Part shown: one piece after another, positions 9,039 through 18,082 of the stretch | Layout of the letters: each line of letters opens with the position of its first letter | How positions within the stretch are numbered: the first letter of the stretch is position 1 | Source: Pseudanabaena sp. M085S1SP2A07QC | GTDB taxonomy: Bacteria > Cyanobacteriota > Cyanobacteriia > Pseudanabaenales > Pseudanabaenaceae | NCBI GenBank assembly: GCA_020404895.1 | Contig: JADBWK010000004.1 | Location: 109,506 to 173,505, forward strand | Direction of reading: 5' to 3' | Length of the DNA stretch: 64,000 nt | Program-made: the position numbers and the translations under genes | Notes under the pieces: generated by a model | Databases searched by the model: none | The model's input: only the letters and a program-made list of their open reading frames with translations | Told to the model about the DNA's origin: nothing

Positions 9039-9081
9039 AAAAAATAAGAGACGACGCAATTGCCTCGCCTCTTATTTTTTT
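9039..9081 (+). terminator. Hairpin plus T-run, probably the ancestral sufD/suf operon terminator
   Basis: aaaaaataagagacg..cgcctcttattttttt, directly after the displaced sufD 3' end. Confidence 0.6.
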
Positions 9082-9158
9082 CCTCTATACTTCGCTAAAA
9101 ATGCTATAAGTCATCCTGTGAAAAATGCTAGGATGCTGAACATCAAGAATGTATCGGG

Positions 9159-11327
9159 ATGAGAAAATTAATGCGTTGGTCTATCGTGCTTATGCTCAGT
9201 GCTACATTAGCAGGAGCGAGCGCCCCACTAATTACCGCTTCTTCTGACTCAGATATTACTCTGAATGCAAGCTTAGGAAATAATCGAGACGGCAAATCAT
9301 TTGATCCGCTTACATACTCTCCCGTTGATCAAAGACTTGCTAAATTAGAAACTCAGGCTAAACAGCAAAGTTCTAATACTACCGATACTGACCGTGTTCG
9401 CGCTCGTTTGGTAATTGCGGATATTCATCTCAACAACCGCAAGCCTCGCGAAGCGATCGCTGCTCTTGATAAATTGGAAACTGAGTATCCAGTTTTAGCC
9501 GATTATGTTTTGCTCAAACGCGCACAGGCTCAAACCCAACTGCGCGATCTCCAAGCAGCAAAAGCAACTTGGGAGCAACTTTTAGCTAAGTTCCCTGATA
9601 GTCCTGCATCTGCTGAAGCGATGTTTGCTTTAGGACAAAATCAACAGCTTTTACAAAAATTTCCTGCTCATCCGCGATCGCAAGAAGTTGCCCTACGCTT
9701 ACTAGCCCAAACTCCAAATCGAGTTGATCTAATGGCGCATCTGGCGACTTACTTTAGTGATTCCAAAGAGATTGTCCCGATTTTAAATCGTCTAGTTGCT
9801 AGTTCACCATCACTCACCTCTGATCAATGGTGGGCGATTGCCGATGGATATTACAATAAGTTTGAATTTGGTCGAGCTGCTAATGCTTACGCCCGTGCGA
9901 CTGTAAATCCTATAACTGCCTACAATTACGCCCGTAGCCTGCATCGGGGCAAACAATTCGACAATGCGATCACCGCTTATAACCGAGTTGTCCAGCAATT
10001 TCCGCAAAGTCCTCAAGCTCCTCGTGCTCTCATTCGGATTACGCAGATAGGTTCGCCTGAAGCTGCGATCTCGGTAACTGATCGCATTGTGACAAGCTAT
10101 CCCGATACCGCAGCCGAAGCCTTAGCAATTAAGGCTTCGATTTTGCAAGATAAACTTGATAGCCCTAAATCCGCAAGTGACGTTCGTAATCTATTGTTAA
10201 GTCGCTATGGCAGTAGCGATGATGCTGGTGAATTACGTTGGCGAATTGCTAAAGGACAAGGGCGATCTGGACAGGTCAAGAATGCGATCGCCACGGTTGA
10301 CGCATTGATTGCCAATAGTCCAGATAGTACATCCGCAGCCGAAGCGAGCTTCTGGGCAGGTAAATGGGCTAATCAAATTGGCGATAAAGCTAAAGCTAAA
10401 AAGTTTTTTGAGTTTGCGATTCGTCAACATCCCGATTCCTATTTTGCGTGGAGATCGGCGAGTTCTCTTGGATGGAATGTGGGAACCTTCACGACAGCAC
10501 GCTACGTTGCACCAGCGATCGCATTACCTAGTGCAAGAGTAGCTTTGCCAGCGGGTTCGGCGAAACTACAAGAGTTGTATATCCTCGGTCTAGATCGTGA
10601 TGCACAATCGCAATGGATGTCAGAATTGCGCGGTAAGCGAAAACTGGAACCCAAGGAAATTTTTACTGACGGTGTTTTGCGTGTTGCGAATCTAGATAAC
10701 TTGATTGGAATTAAAACGCTGGAAAGCTTAAATTGGATTGATGTTCCTAATTCGCAAAGAGCCGAAATCGCCCAACTCAAGCAGCATCCTGCATACATAC
10801 ACTCACTCTATCCGTTTCATTACTGGGATATCATTTCCAACTGGTCACGCGATCGTAAACTCTCTCCAGCTCTCGTCATTGGTTTGATGCGTCAAGAATC
10901 CCGATTTGAGGCTCAAATTCGTTCTCGTTCAGGTGCGATCGGTTTGATGCAAATCATGCCAGATACAGGCTCATGGATTGCTAGTAAAAAGGGCGTGAAT
11001 AGCTATAATCTCGACAGACCTGAAGATAATATCAATTTTGGGACTTGGTATCTGGACTATACCCACAGCCGTTTTGGAGATAACACCATGCTTGCCATTG
11101 CTAGCTATAATGCAGGACCTGGTGCGATCGGTAGATGGGTAGAATCGAGAGGTTTGGGAGATCCTGATGAGTTTGTGAATAATATTCCCTACGATGAAAC
11201 TAGAGATTATGTGTCCAAAGTTTTAGGTAACTATTGGAACTACCTGCGGTTGTATTCTCCTTCAGTACAACAACAGATAACAGCTTTGGAACAGCCTAAT
11301 AATATCAATGCCTCAACTAAGTTCTAA
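9159..11327 (+). CDS. Soluble lytic murein transglycosylase (Slt70-like: signal peptide, TPR/superhelical region, C-terminal SLT domain)
   Basis: SLT motifs LMRQESRFE, GLMQIMPDTG, ASYNAGPG. N-terminal signal sequence. Confidence 0.9.
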   Translation: MRKLMRWSIVLMLSATLAGASAPLITASSDSDITLNASLGNNRDGKSFDPLTYSPVDQRLAKLETQAKQQSSNTTDTDRVRARLVIADIHLNNRKPREAIAALDKLETEYPVLADYVLLKRAQAQTQLRDLQAAKATWEQLLAKFPDSPASAEAMFALGQNQQLLQKFPAHPRSQEVALRLLAQTPNRVDLMAHLATYFSDSKEIVPILNRLVASSPSLTSDQWWAIADGYYNKFEFGRAANAYARATVNPITAYNYARSLHRGKQFDNAITAYNRVVQQFPQSPQAPRALIRITQIGSPEAAISVTDRIVTSYPDTAAEALAIKASILQDKLDSPKSASDVRNLLLSRYGSSDDAGELRWRIAKGQGRSGQVKNAIATVDALIANSPDSTSAAEASFWAGKWANQIGDKAKAKKFFEFAIRQHPDSYFAWRSASSLGWNVGTFTTARYVAPAIALPSARVALPAGSAKLQELYILGLDRDAQSQWMSELRGKRKLEPKEIFTDGVLRVANLDNLIGIKTLESLNWIDVPNSQRAEIAQLKQHPAYIHSLYPFHYWDIISNWSRDRKLSPALVIGLMRQESRFEAQIRSRSGAIGLMQIMPDTGSWIASKKGVNSYNLDRPEDNINFGTWYLDYTHSRFGDNTMLAIASYNAGPGAIGRWVESRGLGDPDEFVNNIPYDETRDYVSKVLGNYWNYLRLYSPSVQQQITALEQPNNINASTKF

Positions 11328-11527
11328 AATTAAAGCCTAAAGTGACCGCTATACGGTCACTTTGCCTCTTGAGGCTTTAAGCTTTTTACAACGCTTTGCG
11401 CTCAAGACTAAACCAAGAGATTTTTTAAAAGTGTTACGAAGCGACACTTTTAAAAAATCTCTTGTAGTTCGTTTAATCGGTAATTGTTCCAAAGAAATAA
11501 AAAAAGCCTCGCAGTGCGAGGCTTTTT

Positions 11528-12454
11528 TTATTTCTTTGGAGCGTCAGGTAATGGCATAATCGGTGCTCCATTTTGTAATTGGAGAATACCTGCAACAACA
11601 ATCTGATCTTTGGCATTTAAACCTTCTAACACCTCTTGTTTATTGCCAGTAATTTTTCCAAGCTTAACTGGTTTTTGATTAGCAATTAGAGATTTTCCAC
11701 CTGTAGGACTAGGCTCTGCAACAAAGATAAAATCTTGCCCTCCAAGACGGGAAATTGCCGAAGTTGGCACTAGTACACCAGCACGAGAAGCCCATATCAA
11801 TCTTGCTCTCACAAACTGATTAGCTTTGAGTTGATTAGTTCCATTATTAAAATTAGCTTTTACCAAAACCGATTGGCTTTGAGGATTAATATTCGGGGAA
11901 ATAAAAGCGACATTTCCTTTAACAAGAGGCTTATCTTGAGCGTCTAACAACTCTACAGGCATTCCCATTTTTAAGCGAGGTGCATTCTCAACTGGAACCG
12001 AAATCTGAACTTCTAATACTTGATTTTGAGTTACAGTCGTTAGCTGCGTTGTGCTATTGACATTGTCACCGACTTTAATGGGAATATCACCAACAATACC
12101 CGCAAAAGGAGCTGCTACCGTATAGAAATCTAGCTGTACTTCTTCCTGCACAGCACCAGCACGAGTTTCTTCAATCCTTGTGGCTGCACTATTAATACTT
12201 GCTTGTTGAGCATTCATCTGAGCATCGATCTGACCAAGTTCAGCTCTTGCATTTCTCAGATTATTCGCAACTTCGTCAAGCTTTTGTTTTGTTGTCGCAC
12301 CAGCACCAAATCCGTTACCTTTAGGAGCATTAGCAGAGCAAGAAACTAACAACGCACCGATTACAGCTACTAAGCCCTTGCTCAATGATTTATCTAATAG
12401 GTTGTTCGACAATAGCTGTCTTCGGAATTTATGTTTAATCATGAATATTGGCAA
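11528..12454 (-). CDS. Efflux transporter periplasmic adaptor (HlyD/MFP family), with no cognate pump gene adjacent
   Basis: Coiled-coil followed by the barrel-sandwich motif APFAGIVGDIPIKVGDNV and ARAGVLVPTSAI. The track start is TTG, and ATG at 12442 (MIKHKF) is the more likely start. Confidence 0.8.
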   Translation of the reverse strand: MPIFMIKHKFRRQLLSNNLLDKSLSKGLVAVIGALLVSCSANAPKGNGFGAGATTKQKLDEVANNLRNARAELGQIDAQMNAQQASINSAATRIEETRAGAVQEEVQLDFYTVAAPFAGIVGDIPIKVGDNVNSTTQLTTVTQNQVLEVQISVPVENAPRLKMGMPVELLDAQDKPLVKGNVAFISPNINPQSQSVLVKANFNNGTNQLKANQFVRARLIWASRAGVLVPTSAISRLGGQDFIFVAEPSPTGGKSLIANQKPVKLGKITGNKQEVLEGLNAKDQIVVAGILQLQNGAPIMPLPDAPKK

Positions 12455-12578
12455 ATTCTCGCTGACGTTTCGGTTCTCTTTGCCTATAGATGATAGACAA
12501 CATTGATCATCACTAAATCACCCTGTAGGAGCTATTTTCCTAAAACAAAAAGGGGGTGCTTTGCTCCCCCTTTTTGTT

Positions 12579-13565
12579 TTAAATACCCGCATGTCCCATT
12601 GCGATACCTGCAACTAGCATCCCAATCACAAGGAATGGCTGAGCGCTGGCTTGATATTTCACATCATTTTTGAGTGGGTCACGCAGGAAGTACATGTCTT
12701 GAAATGTAATCTGCGGAATTACTAACAGCACAATTAAGCTTGCTAATAGTTGTTCGCCAACAGTAACCAAATAAATGGCGATGCCAATTTGGAAGACATC
12801 GATCGCAGTTGCCGAAATCAATGCCGCATTCTGCACGCCAAACATCACTGGCAAAGACTTCAATCCTAATTCGCGATCGCCTTCAACGCTTTTGAAGTCA
12901 TTGACGACAGCGATACCTAAACCAGCAAGGCTATAGAACAGGGTGACGGCTACTACTGTCCAGTTGAGGGTTCCATAAAGCGCATGACCTGCCCACCAAG
13001 GCAAAGCGATATAGCTTGCTCCGAGAGCATAGTTGCCGAGCCAACCATTTTGCTTGAGCTTCAAAGGTGGCGCAGAGTAGATATAGGCAACCAATGAACC
13101 ACCAACCGCTAATTTTGTCATGATAAAGTCTGCATGACCTGCGGTGACATCGAGGATTGCCGCTACCGCAATGCCCGCCAGCCACAAAATCCAAATCTGA
13201 GCAATGACTTGCTTGAGGGAAATTGCTCCCGATGGAATCGGACGATATGGCTCGTTAATTGCGTCAATTTCGCGATCGTAGTAATCGTTAATCGTCTGGG
13301 TATAGCCTGTCAGTAGGGGCCCTGACATGAGCATACAAAGTAGCGATCGAAATACGTTTTCAATCGACCATGTAAAATCGCCAGAGGAGGCTGCACCACA
13401 GAGTACGCCCCACATCAGGGGTATCCATGTAATCGGTTTCATCAGTTGCAGGCGGATCTTCCAGATTGAAGCGCCTTGTACGTCCGCACCTTTCATTCCG
13501 AGCATTTGGCGGGTACGGGCTTCGCGAGACTCGCTCGCTGGTACGTCAGGGGTTGGAGACGACAT
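12579..13565 (-). CDS. chlG: Chlorophyll a synthase ChlG (UbiA prenyltransferase family)
   Basis: Near-colinear with known ChlG: LGMKGA..IWKIRLQLMKPITWIPL, NDYYDREIDAINEPYRPIPSGAIS, VNDFKSVEGDR, DVKYQASAQPF. Confidence 0.97.
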   Translation of the reverse strand: MSSPTPDVPASESREARTRQMLGMKGADVQGASIWKIRLQLMKPITWIPLMWGVLCGAASSGDFTWSIENVFRSLLCMLMSGPLLTGYTQTINDYYDREIDAINEPYRPIPSGAISLKQVIAQIWILWLAGIAVAAILDVTAGHADFIMTKLAVGGSLVAYIYSAPPLKLKQNGWLGNYALGASYIALPWWAGHALYGTLNWTVVAVTLFYSLAGLGIAVVNDFKSVEGDRELGLKSLPVMFGVQNAALISATAIDVFQIGIAIYLVTVGEQLLASLIVLLVIPQITFQDMYFLRDPLKNDVKYQASAQPFLVIGMLVAGIAMGHAGI

Positions 13566-13706
13566 ATTTACAAAAATTTATAGACTTGCGGTTGATTATA
13601 GCCCGTAGTAATACTTAGGCGATCGCCATGCCACGCTAAAGCAATGAAATAAGCTATGACATAATGATTAGAGTAAGTTTGCTATTGTTTTGCCTAATCC
13701 AAGGAG

Positions 13707-13973
13707 GTGCGTATGACTTACTCTGAGTTACGCGAAAAAGTTGAACAGCAAATATCTCAATTGCCGCTAGAGCGTCTTTTTTTGGTTAGCAGTTTTATTG
13801 ATTCGATTGAGTCTAAAGATGATGCGAGTAATAAACAGTTTCGCCGTATTCCATCTCTGAAGCGCAATAAAAAAGCTAGCGATTTGTTACGTCATGCGGG
13901 AACTTGGCAAGGTAACGATCTAGCTGAATGTCTTGATTTTGTTCAAGATAGTCGTTCTAGGACGCACTTTTAG
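13707..13973 (+). CDS. Small antitoxin-like protein with no cognate toxin gene downstream
   Basis: The likely start is ATG 13713, after RBS aaggagg. The N-terminal helix (SELREKVEQQISQLPLERL) resembles those common in cyanobacterial type II antitoxins. This is a family-level guess only. Confidence 0.4.
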   Translation: MRMTYSELREKVEQQISQLPLERLFLVSSFIDSIESKDDASNKQFRRIPSLKRNKKASDLLRHAGTWQGNDLAECLDFVQDSRSRTHF

Positions 13974-14103
13974 TCTTAATATTTCTTATTTGCAATCAAT
14001 CCGTAATTTAATCGGTAGAACTAAATAAAAAAGTTATTGCTGAATAAAAATATTTTTACAAATGTAAATAAGTAGCCTTTTAAACTAGAGATTGGATTAA
14101 AAA

Positions 14104-15780
14104 ATGTCAATTGAAATAATTAAACAGCAAATAAATAAGTTTGTTAGCCACGACACGCCAGAAGTGATAGCTATTAAGGGTGAATGGGGAGTTGGTAAAA
14201 CCTATGCTTGGAATACATTTTTATCAGATGCTCAAAAAGAAAATCGAGTTGCATTAAAAAAATACTCTTATGTTTCAATGTTTGGAATTAATTCCTTAGA
14301 TGCTTTCAAATATGCAATATTTGAAAATGTTATAGATCGTGAATTGATAGGAGTTGGAGCTAATGTAGAAACATTTAAACAAAACACTTCTAGTTTGCTT
14401 GAAAAGCTGACTAGAAAATCTTTCATGATATTTAAAGATGTTTCAGTTTTAAAAGGGATTACTCCTGCTATTGAGTCTCTTTCATTTCTCTCTCTCAGCC
14501 AAACATTAATATGTATAGATGATCTTGAAAGAAAAGGAAGAGCGCTTGACATTAAAGATATCCTTGGGCTTATCTCTCTCTTAAAAGAGCAAAGAAAATG
14601 TAAGTTTATTATACTGCTCAATGATGGAGAAGATGGACTAGAAGAATATTCAAAATACAAAGAAAAGGTGATTGATCTTGAGATGCTCTTTGCCCCGACA
14701 GCAGATGAATGTGCTGAAATCGCATTTCAGAAAAACAGTTATGAGTCTAATAAATTAAAAGAGTTGACTCCAAAATTAGGAATTAAGAATATACGTGTAC
14801 TAAAAAAAATCGAGAAATTGGTTGATCTATCTATACCTTTAGCTAGTTCATATGAGCAAGAACTCAGAGACCAATTAATTCATTCATTGGTGTTATTTAC
14901 CTACTGTCATTACTGTTCTAAGAATGTTCAAGATATACCGCCTCTAGAATTTACTACACATTTAGGTTACAACTTTTTAGGAATTGGTGCAGCTCAAGAC
15001 GATAACGAAGAAAAGAAGAAATGGCGCTCATTATTACATAGTTATAACTATAACCATACCGATAGTTTTGATTTGGTATTAGCAGAATCTATCCGTGCAG
15101 GCTATTTCATTGAGGAAGATTTTGAAAGGGAAGCAGAGAAAAAGAATGGAGAAATAATTGCATCAAGATCATTAGGTTCGTTTAAAGAATCTTGGAATTT
15201 ATATCATGAAACATTTGACAATAATACAGATGAGGTAATTAGTGGCATTTACGAAAGCTTTAAAAAGAACACTAAATATATTTCAACAAATGATTTGAAT
15301 GGCACTGTTACATTATTTAGACAGCTTGGTGAAGACAAGAAAGCTTCAGAGATCATCGATATTTATATACGAGAAAGAATGGATGAAAAAAAATCATTTG
15401 ATCTTGCAAGCAATAACTTTTTTGGAGATGTTATCGATCCTGAAATAGTACATAGATTTAATGATACATATAAAGAATTATCCACCAAAGAAAGTGCCAA
15501 ACAAGTGCTTGAACGTATTGCTGGTAAGAATGGATGGAATGAGAATGACATAGTTGTATTAGCCAGTACAACCACTGATGAATACTATAATTTGTTCAAA
15601 TCTTTACAAGGAGAACATATTTATCCCTATATAAATACTTGTTTGCAATTTAATAGATTTGTTGCTCCTTCTGATCAGCATAAAGAAATTGCGGAAAAAG
15701 CTATAGAAGCATTGAAGAAAATCGCTGCCGAATCTGAAATTAATAGATTACGAGTTCGCAAGTTTGGTATTGATGTTTAG
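14104..15780 (+). CDS. KAP-family P-loop NTPase
   Basis: Walker A KGEWGVGKTY (GxWGxGKT) and Walker B LICIDDLERKG, followed by a long helical C-terminal region. G+C is visibly lower than in the flanking genes. Confidence 0.8.
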   Translation: MSIEIIKQQINKFVSHDTPEVIAIKGEWGVGKTYAWNTFLSDAQKENRVALKKYSYVSMFGINSLDAFKYAIFENVIDRELIGVGANVETFKQNTSSLLEKLTRKSFMIFKDVSVLKGITPAIESLSFLSLSQTLICIDDLERKGRALDIKDILGLISLLKEQRKCKFIILLNDGEDGLEEYSKYKEKVIDLEMLFAPTADECAEIAFQKNSYESNKLKELTPKLGIKNIRVLKKIEKLVDLSIPLASSYEQELRDQLIHSLVLFTYCHYCSKNVQDIPPLEFTTHLGYNFLGIGAAQDDNEEKKKWRSLLHSYNYNHTDSFDLVLAESIRAGYFIEEDFEREAEKKNGEIIASRSLGSFKESWNLYHETFDNNTDEVISGIYESFKKNTKYISTNDLNGTVTLFRQLGEDKKASEIIDIYIRERMDEKKSFDLASNNFFGDVIDPEIVHRFNDTYKELSTKESAKQVLERIAGKNGWNENDIVVLASTTTDEYYNLFKSLQGEHIYPYINTCLQFNRFVAPSDQHKEIAEKAIEALKKIAAESEINRLRVRKFGIDV

Positions 15781-15800
15781 GATTTTTATACATAGGAATA

Positions 15801-15872
15801 ATGAAAGAGTCAAGATTTGATCCACAAAGATTACGAGATAGACTCATTTCCTCAAATCTTCCTTTGACTTAA
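15801..15872 (+). pseudogene. 23-codon remnant of a DUF433-type gene 3' end (MKESRFDPQRLRDRLISSNLPLT*)
   Basis: About 75% nt identity with 16652-16723, the 3' end of the intact DUF433 gene, and with the same stop position. Confidence 0.75.
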
Positions 15873-15889
15873 GCACGCAGGAGTTTTAT

Positions 15890-16087
15890 ATGAGCATTCA
15901 AGAACTTGAAACCGCAATCAAAAAGCTGTCTACAAAAGAGTTAGCCAGCTTAACAACATGGCTAATAGATTACCATGAGCAAATATGGGATCAGCAAATA
16001 GAAGACGATCTTGATTCTGGAAAGCTTAATCAATTATTAGATGAGATTGATAGTGAGTACGAAGCAGGGCTAGCCAAAAGTTTATGA
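15890..16087 (+). CDS. Type II antitoxin-like protein
   Basis: 65 aa, acidic and helical. It overlaps the downstream toxin gene by 4 nt (ATGA). Confidence 0.6.
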   Translation: MSIQELETAIKKLSTKELASLTTWLIDYHEQIWDQQIEDDLDSGKLNQLLDEIDSEYEAGLAKSL

Positions 16088-16350
16088 ATCACCTAACTCT
16101 ACCTAGATTTTGGCAAGCATATAACAAACTTCCCAAAGAAATCCAAACTCTAGCCGACAAAAACTATGAACTGTTAAAAAACAATCCTTTGCATCCATCA
16201 CTTCACTTTAAGAAAGTTGGCAAGCGTAAACAATTATGGTCTGTGAGGATCACCGATAATTATCGAGCGCTTGGACTCGAAAAGCCAGAAGGTATTGTCT
16301 GGTTTTGGATTGGTACACATAGCGATTATGATGCAATCCTAGATCAGTAG
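16084..16350 (+). CDS. RelE/ParE-superfamily toxin-like protein
   Basis: 88 aa. The pattern LHPSLHFKKVGKRKQLWSVRITDNYRALG..IVWFWIGTHSDYD is typical of RelE/ParE-fold toxins. Confidence 0.65.
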   Translation: MNHLTLPRFWQAYNKLPKEIQTLADKNYELLKNNPLHPSLHFKKVGKRKQLWSVRITDNYRALGLEKPEGIVWFWIGTHSDYDAILDQ

Positions 16351-16390
16351 AGGATGAACGATACATAACATTAGTAAGTCTAAAAATATT

Positions 16391-16723
16391 ATGACATTAG
16401 CCATTACTGCCGAACCAGTTCCACTCAAAACCGACATCAATGGTGTAGTGCGCGTTGGTAAAACCCGCGTCACCCTTGATACAGTTATCAAAACCTTTCA
16501 GAATGGTGCAACGGCTGAAGAAATTGTTTATCGTTATCCATCCCTAAAACTAGCCGATGTCTACACCACAATTAGCTTTTACCTCAATCATCAGCAAGAA
16601 GTCGAAACATATTTACAGCAAAGGCAAAATCAAGCGCAAATAATCCGCACAATGAATCAATCAAGGTTTGATCCTCAAAGATTACGAAACAGACTCATTC
16701 TCGCAAGCCTTCATTTGATCTAA
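16391..16723 (+). CDS. DUF433 domain protein (antitoxin-like HTH)
   Basis: GVVRVGKTRVTLDTVIKTFQNGATAEEIVYRYPSLKLADVYTTISFYLNH matches the DUF433 pattern. Confidence 0.75.
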   Translation: MTLAITAEPVPLKTDINGVVRVGKTRVTLDTVIKTFQNGATAEEIVYRYPSLKLADVYTTISFYLNHQQEVETYLQQRQNQAQIIRTMNQSRFDPQRLRNRLILASLHLI

Positions 16724-16739
16724 TCAATCAGGAGTTTAT

Positions 16740-17324
16740 ATGTCCGCGATCGCACTCTCAACTCCAACAACAACTAAAAAAATCTGGACAGATGCCGAAC
16801 TAATGGCATTAACAGATGGGAAATGCTATGAGCTTGTTAATGGAGAGCTAATTGACATGGGAAATTCGGGAGCCTTATATGGATACACTTGTAGTCTTCT
16901 CGTTATGGCTCTGATGAACTACATTTTACCTAGAGGACTGGGGATTATTCTCGACTCTAGCGTAGCCTTCACGATGAAAAATGGTAACAAGCGATCGCCT
17001 GATATTTCCTTTGTATCTAGAGACAAGTTACAAGGATTGGCTGAATTGCCTGATGGCTTTTTAGATGGCGCACCTGATTTAGCGATCGAGGTTCTTTCAC
17101 CTAACAACACGATCGCTGAAATCGATCAAAAAATTGTGGAATACTTTGAGAATGGCTCACGCTTAGTTTGGGTGATCAATCTGAAATTGCATTATGTTTT
17201 AGTCTATCGCTCAGCCCTAGAACCCGATCGCTTACTCAAGCAGTCAGATTCTTTAGATGGGGAAGATGTGATTGCTGGTTTTACAATGCCATTGTTTGAA
17301 TTATTTCAAAGGATATCATTCTAA
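16740..17324 (+). CDS. Uma2-family (DUF820) PD-(D/E)xK endonuclease
   Basis: 194 aa. Motifs YELVNGELI, SPDISFV and PDLAIEVLSPNN are typical of Uma2 proteins. Confidence 0.8.
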   Translation: MSAIALSTPTTTKKIWTDAELMALTDGKCYELVNGELIDMGNSGALYGYTCSLLVMALMNYILPRGLGIILDSSVAFTMKNGNKRSPDISFVSRDKLQGLAELPDGFLDGAPDLAIEVLSPNNTIAEIDQKIVEYFENGSRLVWVINLKLHYVLVYRSALEPDRLLKQSDSLDGEDVIAGFTMPLFELFQRISF

Positions 17325-17451
17325 TTTACTGAAACCACCTTAAATACAGCAATTTTTGATCAAACAAACTACGAGAAAAGCTTTTCTTAGTTTGGGTTTG
17401 AGTGCAAAGCACTGTAAATTCTCAAAATCACAATACCATTTCGAGAATTTA

Positions 17452-17508
17452 CAAATGTAAAAAAGCAAGCAAAATCACGATGTGATTTTGCTTGCTTTTT
17501 TACATTTG
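17452..17508. terminator. 57-nt perfect palindrome (27-bp stem, 3-nt loop) between convergent genes
   Basis: caaatgtaaaaaagcaagcaaaatcac-gat-gtgattttgcttgcttttttacatttg. Confidence 0.7.
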
Positions 17509-17515
17509 GGCAAGA

Positions 17516-18082
17516 TTATTGTCTGACCAATTTTACAGGCTGACCATCAGCTTGCAATTCTTTGCCATCTGCGGACAATGTGTAAGGCTGCTCGGGAGGA
17601 GCTTGGGGTGGTTTTTCTCCATTAACAGATTCGACTTGAGAAACAACCTTGCCATCTTTGATTGAAATTTTGCCAGTAGTCTTGATTTCTTGGACTTCAT
17701 CTTTAGTAGAGACTGCTTTGAGGGTAGCTTCAAAAGTTCCCTCAGGTTTAATCGTCCATTTACCTGTAACGGATTTAACACCCTCTTTTTCAGCATCCGC
17801 TAAAACTTTAGGGTCTAAAACGACTGTATATTCACCTGCGACCTTATCAAGACTAGCAGCAGTTGCAGGGCTTTTATCTGGCGGAGATTCAGGAGTCTTT
17901 GTGGTGGGAGATGCTGATGGAGAAGCAGTAGGACTTGCCGTTGCTGCGGCTGTGGGTTTAGTGGTTGCCGCAGTTTCTTTTGTTGCTGGTGGTTGCTGAC
18001 AAGCTGACATAACCGCAACACAACTAACGGCGATCGCTGCGAGTAGGCTTTGCTTTAAGTGATGATTGAGTGATTTTTTCAC
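17516..18082 (-). CDS. Lipoprotein with a Pro/Thr/Ala/Ser-rich linker, function unknown
   Basis: Signal peptide with lipobox (VMSAC). Low-complexity ATTKPTAAATASPTASPSASPTTK, then a beta-rich domain. Confidence 0.7.
   Translation of the reverse strand: MKKSLNHHLKQSLLAAIAVSCVAVMSACQQPPATKETAATTKPTAAATASPTASPSASPTTKTPESPPDKSPATAASLDKVAGEYTVVLDPKVLADAEKEGVKSVTGKWTIKPEGTFEATLKAVSTKDEVQEIKTTGKISIKDGKVVSQVESVNGEKPPQAPPEQPYTLSADGKELQADGQPVKLVRQ

Noticed and set aside
6824-9158. Considered that the absence of sufS after sufD means the gene was deleted or that the assembly is wrong
   Set aside because: This cannot be judged from one window. sufS may simply be encoded elsewhere. The only direct evidence here is the duplicated sufD 3' end and the inserted cassette.
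11362-11559. 65-aa ORF between the transglycosylase and adaptor genes
   Set aside because: It is composed almost entirely of three hairpin/palindrome elements (11340-11364, 11415-11463 and about 11496-11535).
17533-18021. Several 68-116-aa ORFs overlapping the lipoprotein gene on both strands
   Set aside because: They are generated by the low-complexity Pro/Thr/Ala-coding repeat. Only the frame with a signal peptide and lipobox is credible.
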